Source: Giardia intestinalis (taxonomy: Eukaryota). From it: DNA of 64,000 bases. The stretch lies in assembly GCA_000002435.2 (NCBI GenBank), contig CM018790.1; one strand, given 5' to 3'. The notes beneath the pieces were generated by a model that was not told the DNA's origin, searched no databases, and worked only from the letters and a program-made list of their open reading frames with translations. Within the stretch, counting starts at the first letter, position 1; every line of letters starts with the position of its first letter. The translations under genes and the position numbers were made by a program. Below are positions 37,501 through 47,100 of this stretch, one piece after another.

Positions 37501-40139
37501 GTAGTGAAAGCCCTCAATCTCGTTCTTTACCAGACTCCGAAATAAGCCTGCTGTACGAAGACGGAGATATCAGCATCAAAAGCCGTCCCTCATTACAATC
37601 TGAGCAATGTAATGGCAGCATGTCCATATCTGAGCTTACAGAGTCGCAAGAGAAGACCCCTGCCAAGATTCCCTTTAGTTCTAGAGACACCCTATCTGAT
37701 GATTGGACTGATATGTTTTTGCAGCGCGTAGTTCATAAGCTTAAGACATATTCCAAGGTGCAGTTGCACCTCCTTAGAGACAGCAATCCTAACTATTACA
37801 CAGGGCACTACGCAGCCTTGAACATGCAAGTGGTTAGCGCTGGCAAGTCCATCAACGGGTGCACCCAGTCAACGAACAGAAGCTCTCCACCAACAACCCC
37901 GCATATGCCCCAGACGAAAGTCACCAGAAAGACGCTGGTACGGTCGAGTGACCAGTATGGCACCAGTTCAATTGCACGGATAATTGAACATCCACTGGAT
38001 TTTACTGATGAGCTTTCGGCAAGTGAGCATCCAGCTGCCTCCACTCATCGCGTGAGAGTCCACGAGGGTAAGCAGGCAGAACCAAATGCGCTGGCGACAC
38101 CCTATGATTCACGAAGGCTTCAAGTCATAGATGTTCACTACCCTAACCGTCGGGCACTTAGGAAAGGATGCTATGTGAACCTGCAGCTTCTGGCAGACCT
38201 CTCCTATTTCAAGGAGACAGAGGAGCGTCAGAGAGAGATCTCTAATGCGTACCTCTTAGATCCCGATATATATCTGGCAGACAGCACAATAAGAGCTTAC
38301 TACGATGAACCTCTGCTTCCATATTACCAGTTCCAAAACCCTTCAATCACTGCAGGCATATACATAGTTACAAAAAATTATGCAAAACCTCCTCAATCAG
38401 TGACCTTTATTGATGGATTTTCAGATGACGAAGTTATAAAGATTACGAAAAAGAAAAGGACACAGATGCAGCACTGGAGCAACTCTCCACATTTGTATTT
38501 ACCTTTTGTTCGAACAATTCTCAGGAATGCTGAGTTCCACCTCCTTGAGTCATATCCTTTTGACTTCTTTTCAACCAAGCCGAGTACCGAGCCAAGCAGT
38601 AATGGCATATCTAAAGGAGAGTCGCTCTTTTGTAGACCTTGTGACTTCACTCGTGACATGTTAAGTTCACAAACATCTCAAGGACCTACAACAGCAGTCA
38701 CAGCAATAACGGCAATTGATAACCTGCAGGAAGCGGAACCACAGACCATGCTGACAGACAGGGTATCTGCAGAGATTGTCGGGGCTGATACCCAGGCATT
38801 TGAGTTGAGTGACAACAATCTACTTACGTTGTTTTCGCTACGTGTCTCAAACATAAAGGAAATAATCAACAGGCTATTGCACTGGATAGAAATGGTGTAC
38901 CCTCTACTTATGCTAGATGGACGGGCGCTTTTGTCGTCCGTTTGTGGATCCAGCTATTGGGCAGATGTCACTAACAGTTCACTTGAGTTAGAGAAGCGCT
39001 CGAAGAAAGAGCAGCTTGCTGCAATGTATAGAAGGTATCTGCACTCTCGTGACGTAAGAAATATTCCAGAGATAGCACAGCCCGAAGGAGATCAAGTGCA
39101 TGCAAGAGCCATGGATAATATGCAGTTATTTGAACTGAAGCGTAACGACGCAATCAGGTTTCTGAAACTAGCCAATAGGATGTATGCAGAGTGTGTAGCC
39201 GAAGCCGTTGTCTACATAGTATGTCAGGTCGTTCTTCCAACGATTAAATCGATACTGAGCTTGATAGCTAAAGAAGCCACGGCAATGATGGACTTGGCGC
39301 GCCTTACAGTATTTAAATATATGGTATACCTGAAAAAGGCTGAGCCAGATCACACTATCTTAGTCAAGGCAAACACAGACTACTTCAAAATCCTCGAGTA
39401 CTGTGAAAGAGTGACAAGCCAGATATTCTGGTTGTTCAGGCACATACCGAGCGTAGATAACAGCCTTATTACAATATCTCACACCAGCGAGGCTAGAGAC
39501 CAAGCAAATAACCAGGGCTTTCGAATGGCAAAGGTGATCATTCGCTGTATTCCGTCCATGCGGACAGCCTGGAATGTCTGCAAGTTAATGTTCATTAAAG
39601 TCAGAGCCACCTTAAGCGCAGGAATGCAGTGTCTAGTCAACATGCCCGAGGCCCCAACTCTTCCCAGATACGTTTTCAGATTCACAGGAAATACAGAGGA
39701 GACCGGACACAACCATCAGGAACCAGGCTGCAGCGACCGCAGGACTATAGTTTTTGGCTACCCAACTTCAAATCTATATAGACAGTGCTCTACGCTGCAG
39801 CTAGAGTTTTCTCTAAAGAAGAATACGCGACTCTGCACAATATCAGGGCTGGCACAATTTGAGTATCTTCTACCCAAAGCACCCGAAACAGCCGTTACTG
39901 ACAAGACACACGAGAAACAGTTCTGGCCCTTTCATAAGTATGGATACTACCACCTACTGCACAGCCTATTTGAGCACTTTGATGACAGAGTGGAGCCACT
40001 TAAAGCTCTTGTCAGTACTGGAAGTAAAAGTATTGCACATGACAGCGAGGATTGCGGCTTCAGCAGCAGCGTAAATGGCAGCATATCGTTGATTGATAGC
40101 GAAGAAGATTATGTAGATGAAGAAGAATTTGGAAACTAA
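34524..40139 (+). CDS. Very large hypothetical protein (about 1871 aa) with a Ser/Pro/Thr-rich, probably disordered N-terminal third and a structured C-terminal region
   Basis: The track start 34497 is a TTG; the first ATG is 34524 (MRTLPSQPPK...). A 5.6-kb ORF with no recognisable catalytic motif. Confidence 0.7.
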   Translation: MRTLPSQPPKAIVIPQQLQRLASRTSTETSSSGASPSKDLMTKYASVVYSNLEEQRHVRQCDAELVTTAHRGKKALISYDFTNPLLIKQHTIPALEALRRERPRTVGLKKYQDVSILGRAYARMIDKVQSALFQSGFLRIYDDATGVLAPSEARERTLAHQRMAHYRILELEYMEHARSLHEHLSPLLVDYTNRMEYRHHLLLHSIADYSIENLFVSVSAQTLYKSVQNSCDDIPVILFQCRLEDIIRGSVPLIDPGCKQTRIDALTTNDIVSISELAQAIASEQTAELHDPSMLHPAIQQSSQPRTDILTLGKHLSTMLLNEDSTSRDSLALMDGSHSNTLNICSDPGVDRKVEDTDRTHASDVIVTRLLSPDPQLYASQQEPPSPEYSTKQESQRSPKNFQITTITTQKYTKSGLPLPQSRLCTRGTSRLKAEINLSNLDRGQYEALHATNPILAKPNRQQPANTIEPLIGRAIQSPPAKPRTVSRVSVLRSPTVPTREATLPPKDLQACLVPFTKVTFQPGSPSLHFSEPSVHPVRDPFSDSESSTLEGFDTLEDLPQSQGLHLRAWSPLIAHAHSSAYQDQGRNKSVPHTKNSSPRSPVTTSPTHPYPRLRDRFGSPLLALSTKRLSTEATQVLRCKEHLQLCISHYCKLALHGNPSNYSTGFTYTSWLTADPINVVEAMRHLAPQWPNEKSCERLQKIRRVPSELTTSLPRKLIWMNPVYREPFNDVRDLCFSIMWMLTGECAPSWYVPSSRAMKKRRADMNRRLLLNLGAIDTYDEREMTPGVFAQLVSLNRRLERKPTMSRDSALPFSRGRTSATSRSQELDISDSTHDPSSTANSLREAEYCDTYNAALQELYYREVPAVERFHFPKNQIVYGAYLASSIPYYHEDLDFVLAELESRSYNNIISIGPVIERAMKHERNDNYDPSFTLERVGLKRKQLATLASGIEKPSDAELYLMNGGVTPYVSPCLSEFSSFIAAGSDSGASDSSESPQSRSLPDSEISLLYEDGDISIKSRPSLQSEQCNGSMSISELTESQEKTPAKIPFSSRDTLSDDWTDMFLQRVVHKLKTYSKVQLHLLRDSNPNYYTGHYAALNMQVVSAGKSINGCTQSTNRSSPPTTPHMPQTKVTRKTLVRSSDQYGTSSIARIIEHPLDFTDELSASEHPAASTHRVRVHEGKQAEPNALATPYDSRRLQVIDVHYPNRRALRKGCYVNLQLLADLSYFKETEERQREISNAYLLDPDIYLADSTIRAYYDEPLLPYYQFQNPSITAGIYIVTKNYAKPPQSVTFIDGFSDDEVIKITKKKRTQMQHWSNSPHLYLPFVRTILRNAEFHLLESYPFDFFSTKPSTEPSSNGISKGESLFCRPCDFTRDMLSSQTSQGPTTAVTAITAIDNLQEAEPQTMLTDRVSAEIVGADTQAFELSDNNLLTLFSLRVSNIKEIINRLLHWIEMVYPLLMLDGRALLSSVCGSSYWADVTNSSLELEKRSKKEQLAAMYRRYLHSRDVRNIPEIAQPEGDQVHARAMDNMQLFELKRNDAIRFLKLANRMYAECVAEAVVYIVCQVVLPTIKSILSLIAKEATAMMDLARLTVFKYMVYLKKAEPDHTILVKANTDYFKILEYCERVTSQIFWLFRHIPSVDNSLITISHTSEARDQANNQGFRMAKVIIRCIPSMRTAWNVCKLMFIKVRATLSAGMQCLVNMPEAPTLPRYVFRFTGNTEETGHNHQEPGCSDRRTIVFGYPTSNLYRQCSTLQLEFSLKKNTRLCTISGLAQFEYLLPKAPETAVTDKTHEKQFWPFHKYGYYHLLHSLFEHFDDRVEPLKALVSTGSKSIAHDSEDCGFSSSVNGSISLIDSEEDYVDEEEFGN

Positions 40140-40152
40140 TGCAGATGTGCGA

Positions 40153-40932
40153 CTAGAGATACACGGAATTGTATATTATCGTGACCATACGACGATGACT
40201 GTCTATTATCACGAAACACCTGTTACTGGGATGCAGGTCAAAGTCACGCTGCCTCGGAAATAGATCTGCGGATCCTACTTCAATAATGCGATAGGCGTGT
40301 ATGTGAGAAAGGGTCAGCGAGTCCTCTTCACAGACACGCAAGGGATGCACATGTAGCCTGTACAGATCGGTGCTCAGTTTGATGTAGTTCATTACGTCAA
40401 CTGATTGTTGGTTTAGAGCGCCTCCAGCACGTAAGATCGAGAAGAGTGCACACAGCAACTCACTTCTCCATTCAGGGGTAAATAGTTGGTACAGCTCAGA
40501 GTCCACGTCAAAGAGAGCCTCGTCTATTTCATAGGATACATCCATGTCCAAACGCTGTAATTTGTGGGGAGTGCGGCCCTTGAAGCTGCTTCCAGAAACA
40601 AACCGATGACTAATCGCAGGCAACAGAGCACTTGTGTCAACCTTAGTGACATGCATGACCTCATAGCGTAAGCGATCTGACTCCGGTGAAGGCAAGGGAA
40701 GCGTCTGCATTCCCGAAATATCTGGCAAAAGAAATGCCTCACGAACAGAAGCATCGGCGAAGAAATCACTTAGAAATGTGTCAGCATTGGATGGATGGTA
40801 CTGCTTTGAAAATGCAAATTGAGCAGATTTAAAGCTGTGGTCAAGCCCCCACTGTTGCAACAGGTCGTGTGCATCTCTATCAAGGCCATCAATGCCTCGA
40901 AATGATGAGAGATGCGAAAAGGAAAATGACAT
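40153..40932 (-). CDS. Hypothetical protein (259 aa); possible CFAP300 (C11orf70)-like ciliary protein (weak)
   Basis: True ATG at complement(40930..40932). The N-terminus MSFSFSHLSSFRGIDGLDRDAHDLLQQWGL recalls the FxF...L...LL.KWG(M/L) start of CFAP300 proteins (about 260-270 aa). This is from memory only. Confidence 0.5.
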   Translation of the reverse strand: MSFSFSHLSSFRGIDGLDRDAHDLLQQWGLDHSFKSAQFAFSKQYHPSNADTFLSDFFADASVREAFLLPDISGMQTLPLPSPESDRLRYEVMHVTKVDTSALLPAISHRFVSGSSFKGRTPHKLQRLDMDVSYEIDEALFDVDSELYQLFTPEWRSELLCALFSILRAGGALNQQSVDVMNYIKLSTDLYRLHVHPLRVCEEDSLTLSHIHAYRIIEVGSADLFPRQRDFDLHPSNRCFVIIDSHRRMVTIIYNSVYL

Positions 40933-41240
40933 TTAAATTTTAAAGACGGGCTTCTTCCGATTTCTTTCTTTATTTGCTTAGCTCCCATAGAGGCCAGGCG
41001 ATATTTGGTCTTGATGGATCAGTTGTCGGTAAACTAATTATCTGTATGTCCGTGAGGCTTCATTTCAACTAACGGTATTCAGCGGCTCCTTTTCTCGCCC
41101 ATAACTGCAACGCACTGTAACCTCATGCTTGCCAGGACAGCGTCTCATGTGTGTCATGGGCTAATTGGTGAACAGAGCAAGCAGTTTTCAGAGTTCAGTA
41201 AAGATATGCAAAGAAAAAGCACGTGAGAAAAAATAAGATC

Positions 41241-41819
41241 ATGCATCTCATTAAACTGGGTATCTTTGGGGCTGTGCACTCTGGAAAGTCTACCATAGCC
41301 GAATTTTACACCGAACTAACTAAGCGAGACGACAAAGGGAACCTTCCACAATATGTCCCAACTGTCGGTTTGCGGATTCTAGAGTCTGAGAAGAGATTGA
41401 CAGACGAATCTGGCTCTCAGGTAGATGTCTCGCTTCAAATCTGGGACGCCTCGGGAGACCCGGCGTATGAGTTTGCCTATAATAGGATTGCCGAACAGCT
41501 GGATGGATTAATCATTGTAGTTCCGTCAACTGAGCTCAATATCGATAAATATGTGCGGAGATATTACGATCTGATCACCCCAAATACAAAGTTTTCTAGC
41601 GGCGCAGGCATTGGGTTCATTTTGGTGTTTGTTCATTACAATGGCAAGATAGCTGGACGAGATGTTTTTCTGGAAGATCGAACACTTGCAACAATACCGG
41701 TGATTAAAACGTCCATGGATGCAGAGCCAAGCCGCATCAGCACGGCTATCGATGACTTTGTCCACAAATGCCACTTGGCAAAGGCGAGTGCAGACAACGA
41801 CCTGCTTGTCCTTAATTAG
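41241..41819 (+). CDS. Small Ras/Rab-like GTPase (192 aa) with an atypical G4 motif; possibly a RabL (IFT22/IFT27-like) protein
   Basis: The track start 41223 is a GTG; the first ATG is 41241. G1 is GAVHSGKST, switch I is YVPTVG (Rab/Ras-type PT-G), G3 is WDASGD (DxxG). The canonical NKxD is absent (HYNGK instead). Confidence 0.7.
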   Translation: MHLIKLGIFGAVHSGKSTIAEFYTELTKRDDKGNLPQYVPTVGLRILESEKRLTDESGSQVDVSLQIWDASGDPAYEFAYNRIAEQLDGLIIVVPSTELNIDKYVRRYYDLITPNTKFSSGAGIGFILVFVHYNGKIAGRDVFLEDRTLATIPVIKTSMDAEPSRISTAIDDFVHKCHLAKASADNDLLVLN

Positions 41820-42360
41820 TAGTAGAGCTTTTAGATGTACGTATGTGTTTCCTGTGCGCTAGTGTGACGCGAACACCTGATACGACTTGGAGTGCTCTGC
41901 AACTGTTCGAGAGTTCCGCCACCATATTATACTGTTTGTCTGCATCAGTGCATCTTTCCCAAAGAGGAGTCTCACAGATATCTAGACACCGAAGACTCTT
42001 CAAGCCTTTGATACCGTACTTTAGCTCACTCAGCTCTTCAATGCTGGTTCCACGAAGGGACAGGCCAGTGAGGAGCGGAACTGTGTTCTTGAGCGGTGCA
42101 TCGAAGCGCTGCAGTGAATTGTACGAGAGTATTAAATTTGTAATAGATTGAAATAGTATAGGTTGCATGTCAGTGCTCGGCCACTTTGGCCATGCACTTA
42201 TGTTGTTATGACTAAGGTCAAGGGTGTCACATATAGACGGTAGAATAATGGAAGATGGTGTAGTTAAACACTGATTTCGTACTAGAGCCGTCCTCTGCCC
42301 CGAAGGAAGCTGCAGCATGCGAATCATTGGACCTGCCATACTGTCAGCGGGGTGCTCCAT
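41812..42360 (-). CDS. Leucine-rich repeat protein (182 aa), SDS22-like LRRs with an LRR cap
   Basis: LDLSHNNISAWP, NLILSYNSLQRF, LTGLSLRGTSIEELSEL, LKSLRCLDICETPLWER are typical 22-24-residue LRRs plus a cap. True ATG at complement(42358..42360). The 3' end overlaps the GTPase gene by 8 nt. Confidence 0.7.
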   Translation of the reverse strand: MEHPADSMAGPMIRMLQLPSGQRTALVRNQCLTTPSSIILPSICDTLDLSHNNISAWPKWPSTDMQPILFQSITNLILSYNSLQRFDAPLKNTVPLLTGLSLRGTSIEELSELKYGIKGLKSLRCLDICETPLWERCTDADKQYNMVAELSNSCRALQVVSGVRVTLAHRKHIRTSKSSTTN

Positions 42361-42423
42361 GCCGTGCTTTGCCCAAAGCTAAAATTGCATTTAAGTTCAA
42401 GTTTAACACCTTAGAATTTATTT

Positions 42424-44094
42424 ATGATAGAGAGCGCAGCCTCAGACGCTGACCATTTACTCCATAACGCTGACCCTGAGAGTCTGCCTTCTGAAGACAC
42501 ACCTCAGGACACATGCCAAACTTGCGATCAGATTGAGGTGGTGTCCATTCAGGAGTCTACCGGGGAGGCCCTACCGAAGGAACGGTGCTGTATGCGGTGT
42601 AGGAACAAGTATAAGCCTGGAAAAGCGTCTTTTCTCTCCCAATTTCCGTATCTCATCTCTATATTTGCGTCCATCGGTTATGACCAGCAGGTCATGGCCC
42701 TGGCTCTTCCTCAGCTCAGCTCAGTCTATGGGACTACCTCCAGCCAGATGCAATGGATCATCACATCCTTCTACATCGCAAACGCAGCCACATCCGTCCT
42801 TAATGGCCATGTGGGGAATATGGTTGGCCCCATCATATACACCCGCATACTCTCCATCGCTGCAGTCTGCCTTTACATAGCATCCATCTTCATGCCAAGA
42901 TTGGAACTGATAATACTTCTTAGGATCTTCTCAGGGTACAGTGCATCGGGACTTGTGGCCTGCAAGAACGCCCTCACCAAGTCGCTCAGTCCACCAGACA
43001 AACTTCAGAAGTACCTCATGTGGCAGATGACTGCGGTGAATATTATCGCTGTCATTATCCCGTTCATTGGAGGGGAGCTTGTTGACTATATGGGATGGCA
43101 GAGCATCTTTGTCGTCTGTGCTGTCCTGAACCTGTGCACAGTCATTAATAGCTTCATAATACCAAACCCGTACAAGACAAAGCTCAAGGTTCGCTTCGAC
43201 TATGGTGGCACGATTCTGTTAACTATTGCCGTGACCTCCTTTTGTCTTCTCTTCAGTTTCCTGGCCATGAATGCCTTCATTCTGACCGCTATATTTGCAA
43301 TTATGACTATAGTATTTTCCATATTCTTCTATCTAATCGAACGGAAAGTTCCTTATCCGCTCATACTATTCAAAGCACTGCAGAATCCAATTGGGGCCAT
43401 GTATTTTGTTTACGTTATGCTAAACGTGATATCTTCTGGTTATACTATTCTATTGCCGTATGTCTTTACGAAAAAGTATGGACTCAGCAGCCTTTCCATA
43501 GGAATGATTAGTGGTTCCTCCTGCGTTTTGCGAATAGTAGCGTCTGCAGTCACGCCGCTGATAGATTCTAGGGTTGTCAGGCGCCATATAATTGGATTTG
43601 CATTCCTGGGGTCGTCTGTTGTTACTGCACTGGGTGCATGCTTCTTGGGAGTGCACATTTCGCTGGCAATCATCATGCAAATGATACAAACGTTTCTTCT
43701 GGGGGTTGCCGGCACGCTCCTGTTCCCGATGGTTCTTACTACTGCGCCACAGAAGTACTCTGCTTTGATGAATGGGCTTCCCACCATGTCCAGAACCATG
43801 GGGTCTTCCATCGGGAATTCATTGTTCACTGCAATCCAGAATTTTATTTTGCTGATTGACTATGGTCAGGCAGAGATGTCTGGCCCTGACGACCCGTACT
43901 ATATTAAGTCATATGTGTACGGATGCCAGGTTAGCTTCTTCGTCGTGACTGGATTGGCCATCATGGCAGGTATCATATCTATCCTGAGAATACGTAACTC
44001 TATAGAGGAGAAGAACAAATACCTATTCAAAGCAACTCAAATTCCATTACCGTATGACGAGGACGAAGTAGATGATAAAGAAGATAAAATCTAA
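42424..44094 (+). CDS. Major facilitator superfamily (MFS) transporter, probably 12-14 TM (556 aa)
   Basis: Multiple hydrophobic helices. An MFS motif-A-like LRIFSGYSASGLVACKNAL lies between early TMs, and FIGGELVDYMGWQSIFVV is typical of MFS TM5-6. The acidic C-terminal tail is cytosolic. ATG at 42424 with an AT-rich upstream region. Confidence 0.7.
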   Translation: MIESAASDADHLLHNADPESLPSEDTPQDTCQTCDQIEVVSIQESTGEALPKERCCMRCRNKYKPGKASFLSQFPYLISIFASIGYDQQVMALALPQLSSVYGTTSSQMQWIITSFYIANAATSVLNGHVGNMVGPIIYTRILSIAAVCLYIASIFMPRLELIILLRIFSGYSASGLVACKNALTKSLSPPDKLQKYLMWQMTAVNIIAVIIPFIGGELVDYMGWQSIFVVCAVLNLCTVINSFIIPNPYKTKLKVRFDYGGTILLTIAVTSFCLLFSFLAMNAFILTAIFAIMTIVFSIFFYLIERKVPYPLILFKALQNPIGAMYFVYVMLNVISSGYTILLPYVFTKKYGLSSLSIGMISGSSCVLRIVASAVTPLIDSRVVRRHIIGFAFLGSSVVTALGACFLGVHISLAIIMQMIQTFLLGVAGTLLFPMVLTTAPQKYSALMNGLPTMSRTMGSSIGNSLFTAIQNFILLIDYGQAEMSGPDDPYYIKSYVYGCQVSFFVVTGLAIMAGIISILRIRNSIEEKNKYLFKATQIPLPYDEDEVDDKEDKI

Positions 44095-44113
44095 AGTGTG
44101 GATGCTCTTTCTG

Positions 44114-47100
44114 TTACAAAATCATGTCTAACATGTCCCTGATGTTCTTTGACTTCGCCCAATCCTTAACTGTTTTCCCATTAGCTTGAACAATCTTCCC
44201 TTCTATTGGCAATAACAGCTCTACGATCGGTCCCGAGCCAACATAAGCAGCAGCCATTAATGCAGTAAAGCCAGCACCGTGGACATGGGTCTTATTTGTA
44301 GTCATTCCCGCTTCACCAGTAAGAAGTTCTGCAACTTCAACTTGACCGGCAAATGCCGCCCATATGAGCGCGGTGACACCACTAGTGTCTACACACTTCA
44401 ATTCTGCTTCTCGCAACAACTTAATGGCTTCTAGATGAGACTTTCCCGAGTTATTCTGAACAGCAATCATGAGCGCCGTTTGGCCATTTGAATCCAGAAA
44501 CCTTGCTTCCTTGGGTATGAGATCCTTAATCATGTTAGTGTGTGCATACCTGGAGGCTATCATGAGTGCTGTATGCCCCTCATCATCGGCAAGGCCACCT
44601 TCGTATGGAACAAGGGCTCTTACACAAGAGTCGTGACCTTTTGCAGCTGCTATCATGAGAGCTGTTCCGTTGCTCAACTCATAGAATGTGCGCAAGGAGT
44701 ACTTGGCGAGACGGATCTTCGCCTCTGTTGCTCGGAGAACCATCACCATGTCTTGATTCCCCATCTCAGCAGCATACATAAGAGCAGTCATTCCCAAGTC
44801 GTCAACGAAACCAGAATGCTCTTGAAGATACCGTTTGAGACCTGGGAGGTCCCCCATTTTGACGGCCTCGATCAGTGGGGTTGAATTGGCCATGCCGCGA
44901 GGTCTCATAATGGGCGAATCTGTTGGTGAAATGGTGCACGGTGAAGTATCCGTGTAGCGGGCAGAGGGCTGTTGCACAGGGTGGGTAAAGAGCATCTCAA
45001 CAGTCAGGTCTTGAGTAGAAGTAGTGTTCCTGTGCTGTTTCTGTGTTAATTGCGGGGTTTCATCATTCATAGATGAATTGGTAGACAAAGGTATACCATG
45101 AAAGATAGAGTCGGACTCATCGGCCGGGCCAGGGCATGACGGAGACCCTCTGTCGGTTATCTTAAGGGATAGCTTGCGTTCAGGGCTTCCTTTCTGGAGA
45201 TGCTTTTCGTAGGGACGAATAATTCCGGCCACAGCATAGTTGCTATGGCTCATGGCAATTTCATAAGCGGTCTGGTCGTCATCGTTAACGAGACCTGCTT
45301 CATACTTAACTAAAAGAGTGGCAAAATTTGGCCGATTGAGCTTTGCAGCGTACATCAATGCAGTACATCCGTTTCTATCTCCACGGCCGTGCTGTTGTTC
45401 AATGAGGTTCTTTCCCATTTCAAATTCATCATTCTCCACGCAAATCATGAGCTCCGACTTGCCCGTAGCCAATGGAGAGTGGCTCTTCATGTTCGCAGAG
45501 TTGGAGCGAGATCTACGCGACGCTTTAACTCGTTCTTTGGTCAATCCATCTGTCCTTTTGCTCGAAGACAGGATCTCATCTGAATAAGGTTTGTCTTCTG
45601 GATTTTTCAGCGTGGCAGACACAGATCTAAGCTTCAAATTGCTCCCAGCGCGAACTGGCTGATGGCTTAATGCCTGCGATACATTTTGACTACTGGGATC
45701 AGTGTGGTGATGAGGTGTGGTCGCATTTTCTTTAGTCAGTACTAGAGTAGAAGAGACCCGTTTATACGGAGGCTTGCGTGGACTAGTTGGTATTACCGTA
45801 GCAACAGTGTTTTCAGATTGTGGAACTGTATCGTGATTAGTAACAACTGGCGCTTCTTCCAAGATCTGCTTTGGCTGTGCTGGGATGATAATTGGGTGAG
45901 CTGGTTCAGACTTACCGGGTGACAGTCTTGGGGCTTGTGGAGAAGGAGGTGCATCGTAAACAGAAAGGGATACCGACGGAGGGATTCCTCCATCCTTGTT
46001 ACTCTTGGTCTGAGATAGTAATTGCGTTTTCTCAGAGCTCGCCTTTTGATTGGCCATCTGCTCTGCTTTGTAGAAATTTATTATATCTTGTATCTGTCTC
46101 GATTTTGGTGCAGGCTTAGATCCTAGGCTGTTCTGCGATAAGACAGATACTGTCTCCACTTTGTTGCGTGGAGGGGAGTGCGTTAGCTGATTAGGTCTCA
46201 ATTCAAGCAAATAGGTGAGTACTTTGGTTGCGTTCTTCTGCTTGGCCAAATCTTCAATCGACAGGCCGGAATGCATTTTCAGATCCTTTTCCTGATAATA
46301 TAAAATCTGGAAAGCGTCTAGAGAATCATGTTCAGCTGCATGATGGAGTGCAGTCCGACCCTCATTGTCTTGCATCCTCACCTCTACAGAAGAAAGTAAA
46401 TGTACAAGCTCTCGTGAATTAAACTTTGCTGCAATCATCAGGGCTGTTGTGCCATCTAAAAGACGTGCCTTCGCCTCTGTATGAAGAAATCTCCGTGCAG
46501 TAGCCAGGTTATTTTCTTGCGCTGCTCTCATTAAGTTTGTCTCCCCGGAAACATTCTTTTTCACATCTCTAATGCTGCTACTGGAGTCTTGTTCACCATC
46601 GCTTGGTGGAACATCCAATAGACGTGGTATAGAATCTAGATCCTCTTTCAGATCAGAAAGACTATCATGCCAGTGTCCCATTGGGGTTACTGGAAATACC
46701 CTAGTCTGTGGATCTTCCTCGCGCATCAGTCGATGCTGCTGACTCGGTGTTTTGCGGAGTGGGGATGTCTTAAGAGGAGTTTCAGCTCCTTCGTCAGGCA
46801 ATACAGGCCAAGAAGGAGTGTTGTCTAACTCCATGTAACGTTTCCCGAAGAATCTGTTGCTTTTTGAAGAGGCTCTGCTTACGGATTTGCGCTTGGTACT
46901 CCCCGGAGTCGCAGGAGGCACAGCTGTGCTGTCACCATATTCTGGGTCATCGTTTCCACCCATGACTCCTTTTTCTTTGTGACTGAATACATTATGATTT
47001 ACCGATGAAGGAATAGCAAAGGATTTGCTTCTTGCATTTTGCCGCTCCTTCAATTGATTATATTCTGCACTTAGAAGTTGAAAGTTGGCATTGAGTTCTT

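Noticed and set aside
41030-41110. C/D-box snoRNA in the 308-bp spacer (TGATGG ... CTGA?)
   Set aside because: The C-box is imperfect and no properly spaced D box or rRNA-complementary guide could be identified by eye. Retained only as a low-interest flag for the spacer as a whole.
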